NCBI GenBank assembly: GCA_002269645.1
Contig: NIVC01002328.1
Location: forward strand, 1 to 56,970
Direction: 5' to 3'
DNA from: Macrostomum lignano
Lineage: Eukaryota
DNA length: 56,970 bases
Both the position numbers and the translations under genes were made by a program. Below are positions 10,010 through 18,923 of this stretch, in pieces (the stretch's first letter is position 1; the number at the start of each line of letters is the position of its first letter). Under the pieces are notes generated by a model. It did not search any database and had not been told where the DNA came from. It saw only the letters and a program-made list of their open reading frames with translations.

Positions 10010-12058
10010 TTATATTTGAGTAGGAGGTTTTTCCAAATAAGCAGTAGAGGGAAAAACATAACCAAACGACGTACTACCACATACAACTGCACCACGAATA
10101 AAATGTGCAGCATCCGCTCCACCAGTTCGAGCGCCAAAACCCATAAGGGTTCCAGATTTATCTAAAGTTCCCCAAGTTCCACTATCATATGTGAAAACGT
10201 TCTGTCCAATGAGGGTAAAAGAATCACCAGCAACATTGTATGACTGTAATCGGTACCAAACCCTTTGATTTAAAATATTAACTTCAAATAAATGCCAATC
10301 GCCGTTATCAATATTAGCATAGGCTACAGTTTGATCCGCATCACTACTAACATCGTTACGAACCGTAGATCCGTCTGATTTTTTATTACTCCAAACAACT
10401 CCAAACCTATCAGTCCACTCACTAGCAAACACTATCAGCCCGGCGTCGGTTGATAATCCAGTTCCAAATTCCGATGTTGGACGTTGGTGACAGTATGCAT
10501 AAAACCAAACCGCATCTGCACCATCTCCTGTAGCATTAGCAACTCGGAAAAAGAAAGACGCAGATATATTTTGAAAATGTGTGAAATTGAATTGTAAAGC
10601 ACCACTTACTCCAGAAGTTTCACGAGTAATTCTAGCGCCGTTTTGATAATCGATATAAGAAGCATCGCTAATTAAAGAACCGACTGGATATATATCTCCG
10701 GCGGTTGTTGGATTTTGATATCCAGACCAATTGCAAATTACTGGTTCGAACAAGGCCGCATCAATAGCAGGTATTCCATCCAATTTATTTTTATCGCTTC
10801 CAGACATTCTACCATTTGATGTTGGAGTAGCTAGCTGATCTACGTACGCTCGCGGAACTGCAGAAAGTATTTGAGTTGGCCAATTAAGATCTTGAATTTC
10901 AACACGGTGTTCAAATAATTGTATTTGACGAACCTCGATAGGTTGTGTACCGGTACCACCAGTTGGGAAGAATACGCTATAATATTTCCAAAAATTAGTC
11001 GTTAAATTAGATAGAGCAAATGATGTTGCTTGAACTGGTGATCCCGACGTAGTTAATGTCGTCCATGAATCGGTAGCAACATTTTTTGCGCGAACCGACC
11101 ACCCCGAGGGTATCTCAATTGTTTCACTGCCTGTAATTCTTAATTCAAATATTCTTCTATTATAACCTAAAAATTCAAATTGAATTTCCATATTGGTTGT
11201 GGTTCCGGTATTTGGTGACCATTGCGTCGCAAGGCTTCCATCTCCAACTCGAAAAGCTGTGTTGCCATTTTCAGATGCTGTAAGAACAACATCAGGATTT
11301 GAAGTATTTGATGTAAGCGGCGTGGTAAAAATATCGGCGTCAGTTGCATTAGCTCGCTCGTTTACTTGGCCTAGAGTTACCGAGTCTGCATTCTCTGTTC
11401 CAAATAATAAATTTGTTAATTTAAAATTATTCATATTAATATTACCACTACGAGTGGCAACTTGATTATCGACATAGTTCTTATCAACCACTGAATCACT
11501 AGTTGTAATTGAAACATTTATAATTCGGTTGTTGCTCATATCTAGGTTTCCGGTTGCGGTGGTTTGAACATAACGTGAATCAGAATCAGTTCGAGAATAA
11601 GAATCAGTTACATCTCTTTTTAAATTTAATCCATTATCAACTTCGGTTTTGGTATAAGAATCGGCTACGTTCCGTTTCAAATTTAATGAATTATCAACTT
11701 CGGTTTTGGTATAAGAATCGGCTACGTTCCGTTTCAAATTTAATGAATTATCAACCTCTGTTTTGGTATAGGAATCGGCTGTATTGCGTTTCAGATTTAG
11801 TGAATTATCAACTTCGGTTTTGGTATAGGAATCGGCTACGTTCCGTTTCAGATTTAGTGAATCATCGATTTGAGTTTTGGTATAGGAATCTGCAACGTTT
11901 CTTTTTAAATTTAATTTATTATCAATATCAGTTTTTTTATAACCTTCATCCTCATTAATATATCGATTATCTCCGAATGTAACACTGATGCCACCAGATG
12001 TGCCACCGCCACCACTACTTGTTGTTCCGTTCCATGAGGGTGTTCCAGAAAATAACAT
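10010..12058 (-). CDS. Fibre/spike receptor-binding protein (682 aa)
   Basis: Six 19-aa YTKTEVDNSLNLKRNVADS repeats; LDMSNNRIINV..KNYVD shaft motifs; discoidin-like domain; ATPTSNGRMSGSDKNKLDGI; C-terminal L-lectin/ConA-like domain. Confidence 0.75.
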   Translation of the reverse strand: MLFSGTPSWNGTTSSGGGGTSGGISVTFGDNRYINEDEGYKKTDIDNKLNLKRNVADSYTKTQIDDSLNLKRNVADSYTKTEVDNSLNLKRNTADSYTKTEVDNSLNLKRNVADSYTKTEVDNSLNLKRNVADSYTKTEVDNGLNLKRDVTDSYSRTDSDSRYVQTTATGNLDMSNNRIINVSITTSDSVVDKNYVDNQVATRSGNINMNNFKLTNLLFGTENADSVTLGQVNERANATDADIFTTPLTSNTSNPDVVLTASENGNTAFRVGDGSLATQWSPNTGTTTNMEIQFEFLGYNRRIFELRITGSETIEIPSGWSVRAKNVATDSWTTLTTSGSPVQATSFALSNLTTNFWKYYSVFFPTGGTGTQPIEVRQIQLFEHRVEIQDLNWPTQILSAVPRAYVDQLATPTSNGRMSGSDKNKLDGIPAIDAALFEPVICNWSGYQNPTTAGDIYPVGSLISDASYIDYQNGARITRETSGVSGALQFNFTHFQNISASFFFRVANATGDGADAVWFYAYCHQRPTSEFGTGLSTDAGLIVFASEWTDRFGVVWSNKKSDGSTVRNDVSSDADQTVAYANIDNGDWHLFEVNILNQRVWYRLQSYNVAGDSFTLIGQNVFTYDSGTWGTLDKSGTLMGFGARTGGADAAHFIRGAVVCGSTSFGYVFPSTAYLEKPPTQI

Positions 12059-12068
12059 TTTTTACTGT

Positions 12069-12686
12069 CTATTTTATAGAATCTAAAATACCCCTAAAGT
12101 CTTCGGGTCTTTCCTTCGAGTTATTAATTTTATATAAAAAATACAACGCCGCTTGCCCGCAATAACTTTTGTCAAAGGTTTGAAATTGTTCGTGATAATC
12201 TCCACATAAACGATTTTTAGTATGATTAAATTTATCTTTTATTTCCTGTAACGGAGGAAGCGCGTATGAATCAAAAAAATAAACAAGTTTTGGTTTTGAA
12301 TAAACTGCTGACCAATGAACACCGTTTTCTTTTGTTGTTTCAATATTAACAATGAAAGATCCATATCTTGGTAAGTCTTTTATCTCATCCCGCATAACAC
12401 ATCTAAATGGTTTTATTTTTAACTGCCGCGCCCAATTTGTTAATTCGATATTGCTTGTTGTGTCTGTTCCATATCGTTGTTTGAATATATGCCAATTCAT
12501 GGTCATTTTATGTTCCTGAAAAACTTTGGTTTTAGTTAGTTTAGTAGGTGTGGGTTTTAACAATTCCTTTCTTATTTTATCAGCTTGTAACTGCCTTAAT
12601 TTTGCTAGTTCTAGTTCGTAATTATCTTCAGCTTTTTTAACTTTTTCTGATTGTTTTTTTAGTAAATTATTATTATTATTACCCAT
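12069..12686 (-). CDS. Adenain-like cysteine maturation protease
   Basis: NGVHWSA (His), YFFDSYA (Asp), QTFDKSYCG (Gln/Cys). Confidence 0.92.
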   Translation of the reverse strand: MGNNNNNLLKKQSEKVKKAEDNYELELAKLRQLQADKIRKELLKPTPTKLTKTKVFQEHKMTMNWHIFKQRYGTDTTSNIELTNWARQLKIKPFRCVMRDEIKDLPRYGSFIVNIETTKENGVHWSAVYSKPKLVYFFDSYALPPLQEIKDKFNHTKNRLCGDYHEQFQTFDKSYCGQAALYFLYKINNSKERPEDFRGILDSIK

Positions 12687-12699
12687 TTTTACTATAGGA

Positions 12700-13485
12700 T
12701 TAAACCTGTTTTATACGTAAAATTACTGTTATTGATTGCCCACCAAAACTTATTAATCTATCGCTTTCATCTACAATCCTAATATAAATTGATTGAATAG
12801 TATATTGATTTAAAGGATAATATATTGGGGTTTGGGGTGCAACAATCATTTTCTCTCCAATTGGAACAGCAAGAAACGGGATTGAATAAATAATTCCACG
12901 TTGAACCAAAACCCCATTATCATCTGTTATATAACCGCCGTTTGATATGTCGGTTGTTATATTAATTGTATTAACACCGCCCTCAATGTTTCCCACGGTA
13001 TCACCGGTGCTTGATGCGGTAACTATTCGGGAATTAAATCCAAGTATTGTTCTGAGTGAATTTGCAATTGTAAAATCAACCTGATATCCGGTTCCTAGTG
13101 ATAGGGTGAATCGGCCAGAAGGTAAATCAACGCCAATAACAATCGCGCCCGCTACCCAATCACCATTAGTTGTTAATTCTCCTTCTATATAAGCATTCAA
13201 ATCGGTATAACTATAAGCTCCCGGATTAACGCTAAACGTTGTCCAATTGGCTCCGGAATCTTTAGAATATCTAAATTGATTATTTGTTGCATTAATTAAT
13301 TGAGGCATGTTAAAAACTGAAAACATTATTAAACCAATTTGATAACTTAGGCTTTGATTGAGTTGTAACGGATCGCGCAATATAATCCTTTGTTCGCTGG
13401 TTGTCATTATAAACTGTAGGGTTGTACTAAACTTTGAATTAGTTCGATCTACCAATTGTTTTATAGCGTCTAAATTTGCTGCCAT
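12700..13485 (-). CDS. Minor capsid protein (penton, single jelly roll)
   Basis: Start at TATAAAAATG 13485; N.T..NN.F.YS, PGAYS..DLN, IY.L....I.SI.IRIVDE..R.I.F pattern; position between ATPase and protease. Confidence 0.85.
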   Translation of the reverse strand: MAANLDAIKQLVDRTNSKFSTTLQFIMTTSEQRIILRDPLQLNQSLSYQIGLIMFSVFNMPQLINATNNQFRYSKDSGANWTTFSVNPGAYSYTDLNAYIEGELTTNGDWVAGAIVIGVDLPSGRFTLSLGTGYQVDFTIANSLRTILGFNSRIVTASSTGDTVGNIEGGVNTINITTDISNGGYITDDNGVLVQRGIIYSIPFLAVPIGEKMIVAPQTPIYYPLNQYTIQSIYIRIVDESDRLISFGGQSITVILRIKQV

Positions 13486-13550
13486 TTTTATAGTGGGGAA
13501 TAATAGCATCGGACTTCGTCCGCGAACCATAGGTTCGATCGGCACGCAGA

Positions 13551-14348
13551 CTACGTCTGATCCTCGTCCTCATTATCTTCTTTTATCAAATTTGTTAAGA
13601 TTCGATTTTTTCTTTCTAACCTAGGGTTGATATATATGTGTTTGTATTGACTATCATCCCAAATTTTTTTACACATACTTTTAAATGGTTTTGTATCCAA
13701 CCCAGGATTAAATCTCGCGTGTATATTTTGTAGATCATAGTTATCTAAATCAAACATTACACAACAGCTAGCATTCTTTTTTATAATCGATTCTAATTCT
13801 CTAAAGGATTGAGTAAGATAAAAAGCTCCAATTCCATCTCCTCTACCACTAACAAAAATTTCCTTTTGCAATTCTTGATCTCCATCATTAATACAATCAT
13901 CAAATATAATTAGTGTTTTATCATTTTTTGGGATTTTGTCGTAAGTTAATCGGTTTGATATTGTAATTGTTGGGGGGTTATTGTCCATATTTTCTGGATC
14001 GAACCTTTGGTTCGCGGACTCCGTCCGACCTTCTGCCATTTTTTTACATAAATCCTCAATGTCATTTAGGTTAAATCGCGGGTCATCATCGTCCTCATAT
14101 TGCTCATATGCTCTTAACATTCTAAACAAGATTTCTTTTTTTAATTTGTTTTTTAATCCATGTTTAAGAAATTCATAATATTTTATTCTAGGTTTATTAG
14201 TATAAATTATTAAATTATTATAGTCTAACATTCCATCGGTTGTTAGCAGATCATAAACAAAGTGGGTTTTTCCTTTGCCAGATCCGCCAATTACTAAACA
14301 AAGAAAAGGATCGTTTGGAAATATTTTATTATGTTTTGCTTTTACCAT
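13551..14348 (-). CDS. A32/FtsK-HerA genome packaging ATPase
   Basis: Walker A GGSGKGKT, Walker B LIIFDD, SGRGDGI..FYLTQS. Confidence 0.93.
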   Translation of the reverse strand: MVKAKHNKIFPNDPFLCLVIGGSGKGKTHFVYDLLTTDGMLDYNNLIIYTNKPRIKYYEFLKHGLKNKLKKEILFRMLRAYEQYEDDDDPRFNLNDIEDLCKKMAEGRTESANQRFDPENMDNNPPTITISNRLTYDKIPKNDKTLIIFDDCINDGDQELQKEIFVSGRGDGIGAFYLTQSFRELESIIKKNASCCVMFDLDNYDLQNIHARFNPGLDTKPFKSMCKKIWDDSQYKHIYINPRLERKNRILTNLIKEDNEDEDQT

Positions 14349-14367
14349 TTTTAAATATAAAATTTAA

Positions 14368-15831
14368 CTATTTTTTATCTACTGGTACCTTATTAGCAAC
14401 GGTACCATCTGCTAGAGCATATGCCATATATTCCTCTAGAAGCAATACGTGGGCGTCTAGTGCCTGATTGCCGGTTTTATTAATCTCTAACATATAATTC
14501 AAACCAAGGTTGGCTACATTTTCTTTCTGTGCGGTTAGATCAAAAACAACCACTGGATGAATGTTTAGAAACTCCGTGGGTGTGTACTGAGGAACAGCAT
14601 ACGCTTCATTTTTGACATAATCCTGATAATATTTTATAAAATCATTAACATCATTATTTGCTGTATTTAGATTTAGTACGGTTTTAACTGGATAATATTG
14701 ATCATCAACCTGCAGGCGGATATTCTGAACATTAAACTCGTTAATAGCTGTAACCTCGTTGTCTGTTGCGGTGGCTGCCTGAGCTGCAACGGCTCCTGAT
14801 TGAAGCCAATATAAATCTCCATTTGATCTTTTACTGTTTCTATTTGTTATTTTAAACCATACAAAAATATATCTAGCACGACGTTCTGAAGTAGTTAGCT
14901 GCCACTGGAAATAATCCTGGTTATTATTAATTGTTCGCATAAAGTGCCGCCGATTCAAATAAAAGATTTCCTGATCGCGCATTATCTGCTTATTTATGTA
15001 TTCTAATAGCGGTGCCGTTACCTCGAATTTTGGGACGACTAATTGAATTGATGCTATACGAATTGCGATATCGGTTGAAATCCTAGGCTGATATCCACCA
15101 GATATTTGCAACTGAATACCAAATTTTAATCCTTTCCATACCCGATTTGGTGAGAAGAACCCAAAGAGCGGAAAGATTGAAAAGTCTTGCTCATATGCCG
15201 TTGCCGTGGTTAATACCGCGACTGGGAATTTATTCTGACGATCTATAAAACCAGTGTTAATATCTTTTGTGTTAGTCATTGCAGTTACAACTGGAACGAT
15301 ATTGGTATTAAGATAAGCTATAAGAGCTGCGGTATCTGCGCCGGCTGCATTTTGTACATTAGGGAAAACTACTGCTTGTCCATTGCCCTTATCCGGCATC
15401 CAACCAACATTATCACCAACCTGTTTTGATAAATAAGTATAATTTAAATGTTTCAAAACTCCATTAATCTCAGCTGGGTTTGTTGATGTCTCAACAACGG
15501 CTCCATTAACTGTTAGTTGAGCTTGGGAAAAACATTTATAAAACCAATCATTTTCTATAATAATTCCAGAACGGTCTGCGATATCACCGGCTACAAGAGC
15601 GGTTCCATCGTTTCTGGTATACAACCATCTAACACGGAAAAAGGCATTTTTAAGATCTAATATGCTGTCGGTTGCCCCAATGTCAAAAGCTACAGTTCCA
15701 GTAGTAAAATTGTTTGAGTTATCACTTGTTGGTAGGGTAGCATTTAAATCTCTTGCCCTGATCTCATTAATATACTGTCGATGCTTTTTAAAATGAAATT
15801 TGTCACTCCATATAGTTTTTGTTTCGGCCAT
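14368..15831 (-). CDS. Double jelly-roll major capsid protein (487 aa)
   Basis: FSQAQLTVNG..VE, RYIFVWF, RLQVDDQYYP, VVFDLT motifs; size and synteny typical of Polinton MCP. Confidence 0.85.
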   Translation of the reverse strand: MAETKTIWSDKFHFKKHRQYINEIRARDLNATLPTSDNSNNFTTGTVAFDIGATDSILDLKNAFFRVRWLYTRNDGTALVAGDIADRSGIIIENDWFYKCFSQAQLTVNGAVVETSTNPAEINGVLKHLNYTYLSKQVGDNVGWMPDKGNGQAVVFPNVQNAAGADTAALIAYLNTNIVPVVTAMTNTKDINTGFIDRQNKFPVAVLTTATAYEQDFSIFPLFGFFSPNRVWKGLKFGIQLQISGGYQPRISTDIAIRIASIQLVVPKFEVTAPLLEYINKQIMRDQEIFYLNRRHFMRTINNNQDYFQWQLTTSERRARYIFVWFKITNRNSKRSNGDLYWLQSGAVAAQAATATDNEVTAINEFNVQNIRLQVDDQYYPVKTVLNLNTANNDVNDFIKYYQDYVKNEAYAVPQYTPTEFLNIHPVVVFDLTAQKENVANLGLNYMLEINKTGNQALDAHVLLLEEYMAYALADGTVANKVPVDKK

Positions 15832-15865
15832 TTTTTTAAGTTAAAAAAGTTTTTTATATTAAAAA

Positions 15866-16537
15866 ATGAGTCAATTTATGGACGTTGATGGAGAATTAGC
15901 GATTTATAGAGAGAAGCAAAAATATTCTGATTTTGTTAGAAATTTACAAAAAAGAAAGTTAGGAATACAACTAGCTGGTGATAGATTTGCTGCCCCTTTT
16001 GTTAATCCTATTACGGGCAAACTTAGTGAACTAGAAAAAACAGATAAAGATCTTCTTGAAAAAATTGCCAAGAATACCGAGCCAAAAGAGGATGAAATTT
16101 TAGATGAGCCGCCTACTTATGATGTTGATCAAGCCCTATTGAGAGTTGCTGAGATTAGACGTGCAGAACGGGATGGGGTTGTTGAATATCCGAGAGCTGC
16201 ACCACAAAGTATTGCTGTGACAGATTTAGGTAATGATGACTACCGAATTGGTGGGGTTGATAAAAATCGGAATGATCTATATAGAGAACTGGGCGGAGCA
16301 TATAATATTATTATGAACCCGAGGGTAAAGTTTAACCCTGATTTATATACTAGAGATGAATTAGTAAGTGCTAAAATTTTTTACGATGAGTTAGGAGTAA
16401 GAGCTGCTAAAAATACCAGCTTGTATAAAAGGATTGTTGATTCTATAAATAACAAACCGGCGGTTGGTGAAGGATTTAAAACTCCGCGAAAACTTGTTTT
16501 AGCTGCCGCGAAAGCTGCTGGACATACAGGTGTTTAA
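15866..16537 (+). CDS. Conserved Polinton protein ending GEGF...AAGHTGV (223 aa)
   Basis: Intact ORF; orthologue at 22905-23604. Confidence 0.65.
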   Translation: MSQFMDVDGELAIYREKQKYSDFVRNLQKRKLGIQLAGDRFAAPFVNPITGKLSELEKTDKDLLEKIAKNTEPKEDEILDEPPTYDVDQALLRVAEIRRAERDGVVEYPRAAPQSIAVTDLGNDDYRIGGVDKNRNDLYRELGGAYNIIMNPRVKFNPDLYTRDELVSAKIFYDELGVRAAKNTSLYKRIVDSINNKPAVGEGFKTPRKLVLAAAKAAGHTGV

Positions 16538-16557
16538 TTAAATTTATTTTTTATAAA

Positions 16558-17130
16558 ATGAATGAAACAAAAGTTTGTACTAAGTGTAAACAAGAAAAAC
16601 CAATGACTAAAGAATTTTTTTGTTGGAGAAATGATTCAAAAAATTTTAGAAATGAATGTAGATTATGTCATAATACTTCATCAACTATTTGGATGAAAAA
16701 CAATAAAGATAAATGGAATAAATATTGAAAGAATAAATATCACACCGATGAAAATTACAAAACTATTAATTTAATTAGAAATAGAATAAAAAGGTCATTA
16801 TCAACCTTTAATGATAATGATTATATCTCATATCTTGGTTGCACAAAAGAATTCTTTTTTGATTGGCTAAATTTTACAAGAAATTATTATGTGTCAAAAG
16901 ATTATAATGGTGCTTTACATATTGATCATTTCATTCCCGCTTCATCGTTTATTTACAAGGACGAAGATCAGATGAAAAAGTCTGAACATTGGACAAATAA
17001 AAGATACTTAACTAGTGTAGATAATTGCTATAAAAAAGTTAAGCAACCAACCATCGAAGAATTTGCAAAACAATTGGTGCTATCGTGTATTTTTAAGGCT
17101 ATTAAAAATGAGCAATCAATTAGTATTTGA
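16558..17130 (+). CDS. HNH endonuclease with N-terminal Zn finger (190 codons; in-frame TGA at 16726-16728)
   Basis: Manual translation: MNETKVCTKC...CRLC...YLGC...LHIDHFIPAS...HWTNKRYL...DN..K. Confidence 0.8.
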
Positions 17131-18685
17131 AGGAGGATTTTTAGATGTTCAAAAAGGATTAACAAGCTTACCACCAATATTTACTACTGGGAGGTATACG
17201 GGTGAGCTACACCTGCCATCAATGAACTTCACAGGTTATCCCGTGGCCTGAGTGGTAGAAGCAAAGCTACTGCTAGTCACTATTAGTGGCGATGTCTCCA
17301 AATTGCGTGAAACCCGTCATACAGCTTCAAGTACCACTTCAATTGAGAAATCTTTTGAAGGAACAGAGGTAACTCCTCTTCCCAATGGTAAAAAGCTTGA
17401 AGACATGGTGGCAATGCGCAGCCAAGCTCCTAAGTATTTTAAATATAAGGAGAAGGTTCAGAGAGCAGACGGAGATGGGCGGTAATTATCGCCGCTTAAG
17501 GTGTGCTCCAGCCTCATTCGAAAGATTGGGGGTAAACTACCCGGCACTCGTTTGGATTTAAGATTAAATCCTGACAATACTCCAAAAGCTGATTCAATTC
17601 CAATAAATGGGATTGATTGGTTAGCATACTATCACGACTTAGCATATAGAGATGCTGACAAGAACCCTCCCGAAGAAGCGTTAAGATTAAAACATGAAGC
17701 CAATCAAAAAATGATTCAAGGATTAGATAACTTACAAGGCTTATCAGTAGGCCAGAGATTAACTAGGTGGATGGTTAAAAAGATTCTACAATCTAAAGTT
17801 AAATTTGGTTTAGGAATTAATTACAACCAACATGGTAATAATTGTGTCGAATGTTTGTTATTAAGTGGTAGTGGGCTAAGTTATAATAAGGCTAAGGTTC
17901 TTCATAAAGAATACCGAAAACCTAAATTTTATAGAAAAATCATGAACTTCAAAAAGAATGAAATTTGGTATGCTGATTTAATGTCGATGCCAAATGATAA
18001 AGGATATAAATATATTTTAACAATATTAGATGGTTTTACTCGCTACGCGTGGGCTGTTCCTTTAAAATCCAAAAAGGGAGAGGTGGTTGCTAGTGCTTTT
18101 AGAAGCATTGGAGAAAAAAGTGAAAGGTTGTGTGTTGACGAAGGAAAAGAATTTTACAATCCTCACATGTATAAATTGTATCATTTTGAAAAAGGACAAG
18201 AAAGGAAAAAGGACGCGAATGGGGAGTATATTAATAAAATTTATTCTATTTATGGAGAGAGTAAAAACGCATTAATAGAAAGATTTAATAGAACTTTAGG
18301 TAAGAAATTATGGTTTCAGTTTAGTCTTAATGGTAACCAAAAGTGGGTAAAAATATTACCAGACGTAGTGAAAGATTATAACAATTCATATCATTCAGCT
18401 ATAAAGATGACTCCTCAACAAGCTTATAACAATCCTGAAAATGTTAGGGTTACTTTTGGAGAATTTGAAAAAAAGAAAACTAAAGGTTTTAAAGTTGGTG
18501 ATTCTGTTTATATCTATAAATGGAAAGATAAGTTTGAAAAGGGAAGAAAAGGATATTGGAAAATAAGTGAGAAATTTACTATCAGTAAAGTTTTAAATAC
18601 AAATCCCACCACCTATATCATTGCTGATAAGGATGGTGACGAAATATTGGGTTCATTTTATGAAAACCAGCTAATGCCAGCTTAA
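17108..18685 (+). CDS. Parvoviral-type PLA2 fused to RVE integrase; exons 17108-17236 and 17540-18685 (424 aa spliced)
   Basis: Splicing restores NFTG|PGTRL...YYHDLAY; integrase WYADL / CVDEGKEF / IERFNRTL (DDE) and YNNSYHSAIKMTP. Confidence 0.9.
17237..17539 (+). ncRNA. Group IC1 self-splicing intron (303 nt)
   Basis: P AAUUGCGUGAAA, Q AAUGCGCAGC, R GUUCAGAGAGCAG, S AAGGUGUGCUCC; P7 GAGCA/UGCUC; P1 CAGGU/GCCUG with U-G wobble; P3 UGUCUCC/GGAGAUG; P5abc with GAAA loop and A-rich bulge; L9 GAAA. Confidence 0.92.
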
Positions 18686-18695
18686 GTTCAATCCG

Positions 18696-18920
18696 TTACT
18701 TAAGGCAACAAGGTAGTAAATTTTTTATAACAAACAAAAACAATATTATTACTATTATTGTTACTAATATTATTATTGACATTTGTTCAACAGTTATCAA
18801 ACTTAAATTATCATTAAGGTCATTAATTGGTACATTTCCGATATAGGAATAATTTACCTTCATTTTTTTATATATATTTTTAACAATAAATGTTGTTTCT
18901 GTTATAGAGTAATAGTTCAT
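18696..18920 (-). CDS. Small single-TM protein (74 aa)
   Basis: Hydrophobic C-terminal helix; orthologue at 26220-26438. Confidence 0.6.
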   Translation of the reverse strand: MNYYSITETTFIVKNIYKKMKVNYSYIGNVPINDLNDNLSLITVEQMSIIILVTIIVIILFLFVIKNLLPCCLK

Positions 18921-18923
18921 TTT

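Noticed and set aside
13486-13545. ORF-track N-terminal extension of the penton
   Set aside because: It is the double-hairpin spacer; copy 2 lacks it and starts at the equivalent AAAAATG.
16726-16728. TGA as recoding or an alternative genetic code
   Set aside because: Single case; Trp is TGG elsewhere and TGA acts as a stop in other element ORFs.
17252-17485. 77-aa ORF (and 24803-24988) as an intron-encoded protein
   Set aside because: It runs across the ribozyme core, is not conserved in frame between copies, and has no endonuclease motif.
17237-17539. Insert as a spliceosomal intron (GT at 17235)
   Set aside because: No AG acceptor gives the restored GPG frame, and the full group I core explains the sequence.
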